DNA of 63,418 nt, filler included, from Folioceros fuciformis (lineage: Eukaryota), in NCBI GenBank assembly GCA_049999805.1. It is 10 parts of 10 records of this genome, joined end to end, with 100 filler letters (N's around TTAATTAATTAA, not from the genome) between each part and the next. Parts side by side here need not be neighbours in the genome. Positions count along the whole stretch, not along the records: positions 1 to 5,737 come from JBNGIO010003537.1; positions 5,838 to 11,465 come from JBNGIO010003538.1; 8 more parts are not named here. The stretch is one strand, 5' to 3'. Shown one piece after another: positions 1 through 11,203 of the stretch. The notes beneath the pieces were generated by a model. That model searched no databases, was not told where the DNA came from, and saw nothing but the letters and a program-made list of their open reading frames with translations. Each line of letters starts with the position of its first letter. The stretch's first letter is position 1. A program made the translations under genes and the position numbers.

Positions 1-1336
1 CCACCGGCCTACAATGCCGGTCAGGGGCCACCCAACGGTTGCTCCACCCGGTGGCCGTAGCGAGCGGATTACCGGATACAGGGGGAATAACGGACTCTTC
101 CTGGAAGGAGGCGGTCGCGTTTACTGATGACGCAGATAGGGCGATCCTGGTTTCACGACAGCCGGACGACAGGCCCAACTGATGACCTACTTTAACAAGG
201 CAGAGGTCACTTGTGGCGTTTTGGAGAGAATCTGCCATGCTTGCGACAAACAAATCTTATCATGCTTGTGTAACCAAAGGAATTTTCCATGTTCATTATC
301 TACTGTTAGTACGTGATTATTATTTATAATCTTGAGAATGATGGAAGCAAACTTGTCTCTTCGGATTATTGGTAATATATATATATACATGATAAAAGTT
401 AGTGGATAGGTTTTTAAGCTTAAACTTTCATGACGATTAGTTATGGATTCCATTCCACTCATACTGGGATTTCGGTAGCACATTATTCTATGAAAAGTAT
501 CTCGATATTAATACTTAAAAAAACGAGTGGTTTTCATCATTCTTTTGAACCTCTCTAACATGCTTGTTCACATTTCGTTTCATATTTAACAAGATTTTTT
601 ATTTTTTATTGTAATACATCAACCGATCGGGAAACATGTTTGAAATCAATGTTAAATAGTATGGTNNNNNNNNNNNNNNNNNNNNNNNNNNNNNNNNNNN
701 NNNNNNNNNNNNNNNNNNNNNNNNNNNNNNNNNNNNNNNNNNNNNNNNNNNNNNNNNNNNNNNNNATGTTAAATAGTATGGTATATCATTGCTCAACTAA
801 ATTGATTATTTTTTTATTATTGAAAAAGAAATGGAAAGTCCTATCTACTCCAAAAATAGAAAAACAACCCGAACAAGGCAAGTGGCCAAAAAGTATACTC
901 GGCAGCATCAACATAACCACTCCAGAGGTAAGTAGACCCTTTCTACTTCCAAACCATGTTGGTAGGCTTTAGGGGGTTAGTCCCTAGAGCCCCCTAACCC
1001 CTATCAAGGTTTATCTCCCTCTCTAGGTGTAGATGGCTTTTCCATCTTGATTTTTTTTAACAAATAAATAAAATCATGTAGAAAAAAAAAAGGCAAACAT
1101 CTTTCTAAAAAACTAACCTAATGCTTCGAAAATGTAGAATAACAAAAGACCTAGATGCCGAAGAAGCCGCTTTACCTACACTTGCTACTGTTCTAAAGAC
1201 AACATTGGCCAATGCTCTTCGCAAAACAATGGATGTGCATTGTCAGAAGGCTACCTCAAAGAAAGGAAAGAGAAAAACATCATTCCTATTACTGAAAGGA
1301 AAGAGAAAGACTACCATTCCTATTACTATAATATAC

Positions 1337-1400
1337 CTTTGCGCACTCCTTGAGCCTTGAAAAGTCTTTGCGCACTCCTTGAGCCTTGAAAAGTCTTTGC
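1337..1400. repeat. 29-bp tandem duplication
   Basis: CTTTGCGCACTCCTTGAGCCTTGAAAAGT x2 plus a partial copy. Confidence 0.85.
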
Positions 1401-1475
1401 CAATGGCCTCAAGGGAATGAAAATATACTCATCTTGCAAGGGAGAATAGTTATGAACTTTGATAGTTACACGATT

Positions 1476-1787
1476 CTCTACCACCCATCCAGGGGTCAAT
1501 GACGATGTGCTTGTAAATCAAATCCCTAGTGGGATCCTCAACAACCACACGATCGACACAAACTTATTTCCCTTAGTGACAAAATATGCTCAACTATGCA
1601 GGTTTTATAGCGATGCCAAGAACCATGATCAACATAAATAACTCTCCTCTACCGGTCTAGGGTCAATGACGATGTTCTTGCAAATCAAATCCCTAGTGGA
1701 ATCCTTAACAACCACATGATCAACATAAACTTATTCCCCTTAGTGAAAAAACGTGCTCAACTATAGAGGTGATGCCAGGAACCATGT
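1476..1787. repeat. Diverged tandem duplication, period about 167 bp
   Basis: GGTCAATGACGATG...AAATCAAATCCCTAGTGG...AAACTTATT at 1494 and 1661. Confidence 0.8.
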
Positions 1788-3237
1788 CCAATCTTTTCCA
1801 CCATGAGCAACACAATAACCTATAACTTAATGAAACTATGAAGTTCATTAGAACTCAATAGTTAACCAACCTTCTAGTAAAATCATAGTGGGATAGGATA
1901 CCCACCTTGGTCTCAATTATTGTTCAGCCCTTCATTTGACCTAATTGGTTCGAAGACCTTAAAAACTACTTGGTGCATAATGTACGTTATGTGGCAGTCT
2001 ATAGAAAGAGTAGCTATTGCTAAGTCTGTTAAGTACCTAGCAAGTTACCTTATGTATTATCTGATTCTAGCTGAAAACATATCACTCATTGTAAGGTTCC
2101 ACAAGGCTTCCTAGTTCATCACTCATTATAAGGTTCTATGGGGCTTTTTAATTCATTCTAGCTATAAACTACTACTTCTTAGTAAGTAGAGGGAGCTTAC
2201 ACATGTTATAATATGTCTTAAGTTCAAGTAAATGCAACATTGCGTAATGGGTTACTTATCTCATTCTAGTTTTTTGGGTATGTTTAACCACCATGCGTAA
2301 GTTGGTGGGTGTTGGAAGAACTTGCTATGGAAGGAAAATATTATTTTTTATTATTAACTTGAAAGTCCTTTGGTTCTTCAAGATCCATAGTGGAATTGAA
2401 GAGCTTTTGGTTCCATAGGGTCCAAAAGGATTTCTCTTGTGTAATCTAGGGCCGATCAATCTCCTTCGCCTCTACATTTGCCACACTCTCATACTACACA
2501 CACTGGAGTCGAAACACATGCCAAACTAGACAAGTCAAGGAGTCACATATCAAAAACTTTTCACTTCCGTTCCTTTTTGACAGAAGAATCTCCTACATCA
2601 ACCTTATTAGAATTCTAAAGGCTCAAACTTGTGGCCACATTTCTCTCTTAGCCACGACTATGCTCAATTCAGTGGCTACTCACCTACACATTAGCTATAG
2701 TCAAGCTTGCCTCTAACCTCTAGTATTCAACCCTTACGCTCACTTAATTGTTTGAAGGCACAAAAATAGAACGAAGACCAAAATCACTCACTCACCACTT
2801 TGATTAAGATCAGGAAAGAGACTTATTTATTTCAATGACCATTACCTTTAAATACAATGAACCAATACAATTAGAGAACTTACCTAAACCTCATTATCAT
2901 TTGTTAGAGCTATCATGATGCTCTTTGCCACATTTGTTGCAACAATCGACCCTTCTTGCTTTTTGACACAGTGAGTAGAAGGAGCTTCTTCTTCTCATGA
3001 TTCATCTTTAAAATCCTCTTGCCTACAAGCATCTAAATCTTCAACTTCTCTTCCCTCTATTGGTGTAAAGCCTTCATTATCTACAAATGGTAGGAGGTAA
3101 AGTCTGTATGTACTTGCTAAAGTCCCACTAAGCTAAAGCATAAAGTTGTGGCTCATTCATAATTATGCTTTAGGCCAGTCATCAACATGGCTGCTTCTAG
3201 AGCTTACTTTGTGGCAGGTTTGTGATTACTTTGTCAC

Positions 3238-3293
3238 GGGTTTGTGAGATGAAATTGCAGAGGGTTTGTGAGATGAAATTGCAGAGTGTTTGT
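3238..3293. repeat. 24-bp tandem repeat
   Basis: GGTTTGTGAGATGAAATTGCAGAG x2. Confidence 0.8.
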
Positions 3294-3477
3294 CTGTAGT
3301 TGTGTCTCCTCAACAAAAATGTTATCTCCCTTTTCTTCTCAGCAGCCTTTACGACATCCAACTCTTTGTAGCATTTGGTGACTTCCTTCCTTCAGCTTCT
3401 TGGTGAAGACCTCATGAGTATGGGTACAGTGTGTGAAGTCCTTAACAATGCCGTGTGATTGTAAAGCCTCAATATAA

Positions 3478-3586
3478 AGCCTAATAAGCATTGAGGTCCC
3501 TAATAATGCTATCTGATTGTACAAACCAATAAGCATTGAAGTCCCTGACAATGCTGTTTGATTGTACAGCCCAATTATCATTGAAG
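3478..3586. repeat. About 45-bp tandem repeat, about 2.4 copies
   Basis: AATAAGCATTGA(G/A)GTCCCT..AATGCT..TGATTGTACA repeated. Confidence 0.7.
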
Positions 3587-5737
3587 ATCATCTGTAGGCG
3601 CCACTCCTCAGTTGGATCACATGCCTATGCTATCAAGGTGGTCAAATCAACGTAGCCTGCGGCATGAATATTTTCTCCACCAGCTTAAGAGTGACATTAT
3701 CCCCGTGATATTAGTAAAAGCTAAACAACAACTGTACACGTTAAATTGCTGGATAGACATTGTTGATGGCCTGGGTTGCAAGGCTAAAATAAGGGGGAAG
3801 TGACAGGGCAATCCAGGGTAACGCGTTTTCCACGCCGCAAGCATCTATGTTTGTTGCGGTGTGCGGGCCTGGGTTTGTCCTGCCTTCCAAGATGTGTGCA
3901 AATGAAGTCATTGTTGGGCGTGGAGGGCGGGGATGAAGTTCTTACAGCAGCTTGCTAATCTCATGGGGCCGGAGGTGGAGGGGAGGAGAAAGGCTGGCGG
4001 GGGCCACGGAAAATAGGGCGACCGGAACGAGTGCCATATGGCAGACAGAGCGGCCCAGCTAGCATGGTCTTTGGGCTTATGCAACACGACGTGACATGGG
4101 GCCAGGCTCGTCATCCCTTTTCCCCGATCTCCCTTCCCCTGCGGTCAAGCATTCCAGATGCCGCACAGGCAACACTGTTGGAGCCGGGCCTCGTGGGCGA
4201 GGTTGGGGGCATGCTGCAAGGAAGCCGTGCGGAAGCTGCCGTTTCCAGCATCGTAACGCCCCCCGGCCAGCTAACAGCGCTCGGGTGCCAGCTCTATGTG
4301 TCCTGTCTCCCCCTGCCCCACTTCGGTGAGAGCGAATGAAACCCCCGGGTTCGTAGGAAACGGGGGGGAGAAGGAGGAGGTGGAGGCGAGGAGCCAGGAC
4401 AATGGTGGTGAGAAGTTGTGGCGGTGGGAACCTGCAAAGGAAGGGGGTTGGGGTTATGGTTTAATGTTAAGGGAGGTGAGGGAAGGAGTGTTTACGGACA
4501 GCAAGAGTTGCGGCTAGGATTGAGCGGGGTGGAGGTTAGGCTGGGCCGGTTGCGAAGCCCGGGGTCGTGGGGGCTCGGGGCGGCGATTCATGCGGGTGCC
4601 GGTCACAGCCCTGCGAAAGAGGAGGTAGGTACTGTAGTTGCAGCAGCCTTGCAGGTGGGATACACGCCTGCACTGTGGGAACACGTTCCACTTCTTAATT
4701 CGAGTCCCCCGCCAGGCCCTGCTCTCTCTTGCTGGCAGCTCAGGAGGGTGTTGCGGGTCATCTTGCCGGGCTGGCTGCTCGCCCCGCGGCTCTGTCCTCT
4801 GGCGCTCGCTTCTTGCCCTTGTGTTCTCCGCTGCCGCCGTATCTCGGTTTGTGGGTCGCGCAGCCGGGATACAATTCGCCTCCATCTGCCCTCCGCACGG
4901 ACTCGCCTCATTTCCGCTTTCAAGTTCTGCGCTTCGGGATCTGCGGGCCAGCAATTAGGCTGCGCTGGCGCCGCACTGCAGTCTTGGAGCTGAAAAATAT
5001 TGTTGTCGCCTGGAGTCGGGCCCGGGATCGGATTGTGGTCGTCATCCGATTCGAATACCGCCCCATTGCGGACGAGGACGTGGCTCGGTTGGAAGATCGG
5101 GAAGACAGTCTGTCTGACTCGCAGCTCGTTGGGCGGAGGGGAGGGTGGAATTTTCACAATGGGCTCGCTGCAGCGGAACGGACCCGCTCGGATTTGTGGG
5201 GAATCCGGGCGGCTTTGAGAGGATGGTCGTTCAGAGGCACACACTGTCAAGCTTCACAGTGCATGAGCTCTACTTGCTGTCGATGGAAGTTTTCCGGACC
5301 AGATCAATCAAGCGCCTCACACCCCAAATTTAAGGCACGGCTCCTCGTGCGCACGAGGAGAGGATTGTAGCAGGGATCGGGCTCGATCGGGTGTAGGCTC
5401 GAGGTGGAAGGGTGGATTTCGGGGGGCGCCCTCTGCTTTATCTGGAATCGTTGGTGGAGATGGATGCTTCAGTGGCGGATGGATTGGAGGGATGAGGATG
5501 GGCCGGGCGCCCTTGCGATTGGAAACATGTGTCGGATGGATCTCCGCGGGCTCATTTTATGATCACGTCTCCAGGATCTGTGTGGGAACGAGGGAAAGTC
5601 TGGAGAAGTAGCTTTGATAAGCGGCGCTAGCACAGGTGGAAGAAGAGGGAGAGGAGCTCGTTGGGTGCGCTAGGCGCAGAGGCATTGCTAGCACTTGTAA
5701 TACACACAGCCTTGCGCTCCATTATCTGGGAGGCGAC

Positions 5738-5837
5738 NNNNNNNNNNNNNNNNNNNNNNNNNNNNNNNNNNNNNNNNNNNNTTAATTAATTAANNNNNNN
5801 NNNNNNNNNNNNNNNNNNNNNNNNNNNNNNNNNNNNN
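5738..5837. other. Artificial join spacer (N44-TTAATTAATTAA-N44)
   Basis: Six-frame stop linker at 5782-5793. Identical spacers at 11466-11565, 23627-23726, 26588-26687, 29046-29145, 32559-32658, 40979-41078, 57029-57128 and 58682-58781. Confidence 0.95.
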
Positions 5838-5946
5838 AAGCCGCCCCTAACTCTAACCTAATCCTAACCCTAACTCCGACCTAAGCCGCCCCTAACTCTG
5901 ACCTAATTCTAACCCTAACTCCAACCTAATCCCAACCCGACCTAAG
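5838..5946 (+). repeat. 45-bp tandem unit built from degenerate CCCTAA-like motifs
   Basis: AAGCCGCCCCTAACTCTAACCTAATCCTAACCCTAACTCCGACCT at 5838, diverged copy at 5883. Confidence 0.7.
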
Positions 5947-6649
5947 AGGGGTTGCCCGCTGCCCCTTGGACTCTGCTAATTACCCCTTATCGTAATCAAT
6001 AGTGCCTCACAAGACTTCCTTCTCCCCCATGCATCTCCACAAGTCCTATGATCGCATCTTCAAAATTGACTACTCCTTCTCCCCCAAGCCGTGGGATCCC
6101 AAGCTGGTTCCTCACGACCTTGCCTCCCACGAGCCCTATATAAACTGACAGATATAAGCTGACAGTAGCTCAGGATCAGGCCTGTCATCCTGGGAGTGTC
6201 ACTCAGAACATCCCCCATTTGTTTCCCCTTAACAGCAAGCTTAAGGGCAAGCTATTATCATGGCAATCCACTCTACCACCATCGGGCTTCTAGCAGCTCC
6301 CCGACTTCTTCGTCCTATCAAAGCTCGTAGCGACAGAAGCCCCCCAGAAGCCCCCCATGCCAGACTCCCCTTGGCTAGTCCCTNNNNNNNNNNNNNNNNN
6401 NNNNNNNNNNNNNNNNNNNNNNNNNNNNNNNNNNNNNNNNNNNNNNNNNNNNNNNNNNNNNNNNNNNNNNNNNNNNNNNNNNNCGGCCGCGAGGATGTGA
6501 TTGGTTTCATTCAGGAGAGGTCGGCCGACGAGCCTTTATCCCTTCTCACCGCCACTTAGCACCCGCGATCTGCAGCCCTAACGGGAGTCTTCAATCCCCA
6601 AGCACCTAGTCGTCAATCCGGTCCAACAATCGAATCGGACGCCTCATTA

Positions 6650-9050
6650 CTGGCCATCACCTCCGCCTACTATCCTGCCACGATCCAGCCAACCTATTGT
6701 CCAGGTCCGATTCGATTGCACCAGCTTGATGTGCGGCTGCCTGCTGATCCGACCAGCCCCCACCTTGATTCGCCTCGGAGTCGCCTACAGCCGCCTGGCT
6801 TTGATCTAGCCAAATTGCCTGCCTGTTTGACTCCTTGCAGGGTTCTAGTAAGTCAGCTTGCTGCCGGCCAGCGCTGGCTTTTGCCAACCGCCGGATCCAA
6901 TCTCTCGCTGCCCGCTTAGTTTCGTCCTACCTTTAGCCCGCCTGGGTTCGCTCCAGCATCATCCGCAGCCGACCCCGTGACAGTGCCTACCTGCAGCCTG
7001 AATCAGCTTGAGGCCCGCCTGGCCTGGATCCGCCTGCAAGGCCGCCTCCAGGCCTCCCTCCGGCCAGCCGCCGCCTTGCCTGAGCCTCACCTTCCAACCA
7101 GCACGGCCTGGATCAACCCGAGGCTTGCCTGGCTTGGACCCAGCGCCGCCTCTAGCTGCCTGTCTGGCCGGCTCTAGCTGCAGCCAGGCTAGCTAAATCC
7201 AACCCACCAGGCCTACCCAAGCCTGGCTCTCTTCCCTGGCCTCCTGCTTTGCTCAAGATTGACTAGCCTGCCAGCCGCTTGGGATCCTGCAGCCAGGCCT
7301 CTGCCTAGTTTCCAGATCCGTCCTCGGCTGTCTTAATCTAACACCGCTCCCTGGCTTGGATCCGGTGCCGCCGCTGGCTGCTATGGCTCCGCCGCCAACT
7401 GCCTCAGACATGCCCCTGCTCCCCTTGCTACAAGGCCGCTTGCCAGCTGGGTCCACCTGCCCAGAGGTTGCAAGTCGGCCTTCCACCTTTCGGATCCGGC
7501 AACTGCTGAGCCGCCTGCCAGCCTCCCGATCCGGCCTCGGCTGCCTGCTTGCCCCCGATCCAGGCTAGGCTCCTCAGCCGCCCACCACCAGCCAGCAAAC
7601 CCCCCCCAACCAGCCGCCAGCCGGCCCTCTGATCCCGATCCAGCCGCTTGGTGCCTGCTAGCCAGCCTTCCGGAGCTGTCCAGCTAGCCAGCCAACCAGC
7701 GTCGACTGGCCAGCCAGCCCCGCCTGGCTGGTTGGCCGCGGCCCAGCCAGCCTGTTGTGGGGCTGTTGTCTACCAGCCAGCTAGCCCTCGGCCTGCTTCA
7801 GGCTGGATCCATCGCCGCCTGCTTGCCTGGCACCTGCCACCAAATTAGCCCGCTTGCACGTCCTTAGCGACCAAGCCTCCAGCAGTCACGCCCTACCTAA
7901 TCCGCTCCGACCTGCCACAACCCACCAAAGCGGCCTACCCCCGACTGGGGCCTCCACCGGAGCTAGTTACCACGATCCAGCCCGCTTTCCCTTCACCTGC
8001 AGCAGGCCTACCCACCGACCAGCCAGGCTGTTTGCTCGCATGCTTGGCTGCCTAGACCTAGTCGCCAACTGCCTGGCCTGGATCTGGCTGCTGTTGAGCC
8101 GCTTGCCGGCTTTCAGATCCAGCCCCAACCTTGACCAACCTGGATCCACCTGCAACCGGTCCGCCGCCAGCCCTCCTGCCAGCCTACTGCCGGCCGCTTG
8201 CCTAGAGGCCGCAAGCTGACCTCTTGCCTTCCAGATCCGGCCAGGCAGCCAACCTGCTTGGCCTGGCTACCTGCTGGACTTGTCCGCTCTGAGCCTGCCC
8301 TCTCGGACCCGGTCAAGCAGCCCGCCTGCTGCCTGCCTATAGCCTGCCTAGGCTGGACTGCTAGTGAGTTTCCTCAGCAACCCGCCACCCACCATCAGCC
8401 AGCGCTTGCAGCCAAACTGGGCTGCCTGCGCTGCTTTGGCCATGATGCAATCAACCTGCCGGCTAGCCACAGTCCAGCCAGCCGGCTAGGCTGCCTGGAT
8501 CCCTGCATCCCGCCTAGCTTGGTGTCGGGCCGCTTGCCGGCTTTTGCCCGCCTTGCCAATCTAGCCAGGCGGGTGGCGACTAGGTCTAGGCAGCCCAGTC
8601 TGTCTACAACTGTACCAAGCTGGGCTCGCCGCTGCCTACCTAGCTGGTTGAATCCGGCGCCGCCTTGCCCCCAGCTGCGACCAGCCAGCCAGCCCGAGCG
8701 CCAAGGCCGCTTGTACTCTGGCTAGCCGATTCACCTAGGCAGGCCAAGCCGCCAGTCCGCTCAACCAACATGCCTGCCGGATCGCATGCCAGCCAGCCGG
8801 CAAGCTGGCTGCTCTCGCTGCGCTACCGGCCTACCTGGCTGTTAGCAGACCAAGCCTGCTTGCTGCCTGGCTACTAGCAGACCAGGGCCTGCTCGCGCTC
8901 GGCTCCCATGGCGCTTCGACCCTCCCACCTGGGGACCAGCCACACACCAGCCTCCCCGGCTGCCTGTTTCCTCCCGGATCTGATGCACCCACAGAGTCCA
9001 GTCGCCTCCTACATAGCTGACTGCTCTCATGATCCTCGGTCAACCAGGTG
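6650..9050. repeat. C-rich cryptic low-complexity block (CAGCC/GCCTG/GATCC/CTAG motifs)
   Basis: Dense recurrence of GGATCC, GCCAGCC, GCCTGC and GCTAG; only spurious P/A/S/L-rich ORFs. Confidence 0.6.
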
Positions 9051-9394
9051 CACCTGGGGCAGAGACCAGTGCAAGTCTAGGCACCTCCACACCTGTCCCC
9101 AACCCCACCAGCACACTCCCAGGGAACCCCAACCCGCCACTTCATTAGGTTAGCTGGTTGGTCGCTCAATTTCCGAACACCACCACCTCCTACTCACAGA
9201 TCTAGGGTTCCACACCCGTGACCTTTCGACCACACTTCCCACCTAGACCCTGATCGACTTATAAGCCTAATCTCTTAACTACTTCTCTACGGAATTCAAT
9301 CAAAACCCCCAAAAAAAACAAACACTACCATTTTCCAGGGGATCCGTTCGTCATGTGGACTCCACAGGGAGGCCTTCAATACAATAGTGGGGAC

Positions 9395-10530
9395 TCTCTA
9401 CCCTGGTCAGAGACACTTGATTTTTGCTCCTCACTTTCCGAGACAGCCAACTCCATAAGAGGTGTGATTGCAGCAACCTCTTACTGGTAACCCTAATCAG
9501 AGGGGATTTCTTACACCACATGCTGCACTAGGCACAAAGATTTCACAATTACTAACCGGGCTTGAATCACATCAAAACCACATAAACAAAAGTCACAACA
9601 GCGTCACTCGACGTCTTATTGCTTCTAGTGTGGACATTCAAGTCCTGAAAGAACAAACCTCTTACCTGGACCTCAAACTGTTGACTTTGTTGAAACCACA
9701 ATTGCTTGCTAATCCCTCTCACCGTGGAATTGCATGTAGGCATATAGATTAGACTAACAAAAGTCACAAACAACCAGAACCAGACATACCTGATCTAGAT
9801 GCTAATGACGAGGAAGGTGCAGAAGATGCTGCTGTTATCCTGGACAATGATGATGAAGTTGATGAAGTGGAATAGCCTGAACAGCCACCACAACCTGAAC
9901 GTCGATACCTTGCAAGAGAAAGACGTGCTCCTGATTACTACCAATCACATGATTTCATGTCAGGTTCGGCACGTGCTGATGCTACAAGTCTGGATCCTAT
10001 AGAGCCTCGCACCTATGAAGAAGCCTTGAGTAGGCTAGATGCTGTAGAATGGAAAAAGGCCGTTCAGTCTGAATACGACAGCCTCATCAAAAATGGCACT
10101 TGGGAACTTGCTAAACTACCTCATGGACGCAAGATGGTGTCCTATAATTTGGTATTCAAACTTAAATTAAAGCAGATGGTACCTTTGATAGGTACAAAGC
10201 CAGGCTTGTCGCTCGTGGCTTTTCCCAAGTACCAAGTCTGGATTACCTGGAGACTTATGCTCCTATGGTGAAGCTTGCCACGTTTCGTGCCCTATGTGCA
10301 TTGGCAGCACACCATGACTATGAGTTGGAAATGTTTGACGTTAAAACAGCCTTCTTACATACCGAGATCTATATGCAGCAACCAATAGGCTATATAGTAA
10401 AGGGGAAAGAGGACCATGTCCTTCGCCTGATCAATACCTTGTACGGTTGAAAACAGTCTGATCTTGAATGGAATGCAGTCCTAGATGAGGAATTGCGAGC
10501 TCTAGGCTTTATCAAATGTGTCTTAAATGT
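9395..10530 (+). mobile_element. Degenerate Ty1/copia remnant (integrase C-terminus, linker, 5' part of RT)
   Basis: EPRTYEEAL...WKKAVQSEYDSLIKNGTWEL, VKLATFRAL, FDVKTAFLH, IYMQQPIG, TLYGLKQS; frameshifts and stops. Confidence 0.9.
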
Positions 10531-10549
10531 ATCTTTCTCAAATGTATCT

Positions 10550-11203
10550 TGTTACTTCCTCACTCAAAGCCGGCGCTATCGCCTAGCAACCTCATAGCAC
10601 TTTCCCACATTGTTACTTCCAATTAGTCCTACTCATGGTCACACACACACACCATGCACTTGCATCCGCCGTTCCACTCGCGAGCATCCCTCGCGGCACT
10701 TACAACATCCGCGTAGCCCCTCACACTCTGGACCTCTCCTAGCATCCCCTCTTCATAACCCGTCTATTCAGGGTTGGTTCCCACACACACAGACATAGGC
10801 AGTCACCGCCCAACAGAACTTGACTCCGACATCTCCTCATACAATACGACCCAGCATTCCGCCCCCGGGCACAGCTCCCATTGACTTCTTGGCTCCTCTA
10901 GTGTTCTCGTCTCTACCTCAGCGCCACTCCTGCGACTGCATCACACACACTCATAGAGCCCGTTGGCTTGGCACTCACTCTTCCTCATTACGTCTCATAC
11001 ACTCACTCTTCTCTAGAGTCCTTTTCACTCACTCAACCCTCCTGCCTTCGACTCGCTTCTCCTCCAGATTTCCTTCTCCTTCTCAGTGATTAGATGGGTA
11101 GCCGGAACGCCAGGGAATAAGGGATGCCGTTGTCCGCTTCCACTTCGCAGCTGGCGAATTCGTTCCCTTTTGTTTCCACCACCACACACAACAGAAAGTA
11201 ACA
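10550..11203. mobile_element. Possible LTR interrupting the copia RT
   Basis: Starts TGTTACTT (also at 10611) and ends AAGTAACA (8-bp inverted termini, TG..CA) where RT similarity stops; no TSD. Confidence 0.35.

Noticed and set aside
649..782. Direct repeat ATGTTAAATAGTATGGT around a gap
   Set aside because: Most likely an unmerged contig overlap.
3850..5737. GC-rich overlapping ORFs; degenerate zinc-knuckle-like FPQCRRVSHLQGCC on the minus strand near 4650
   Set aside because: The first Cys is missing and no other gag or pol motifs are present, so no call can be supported.
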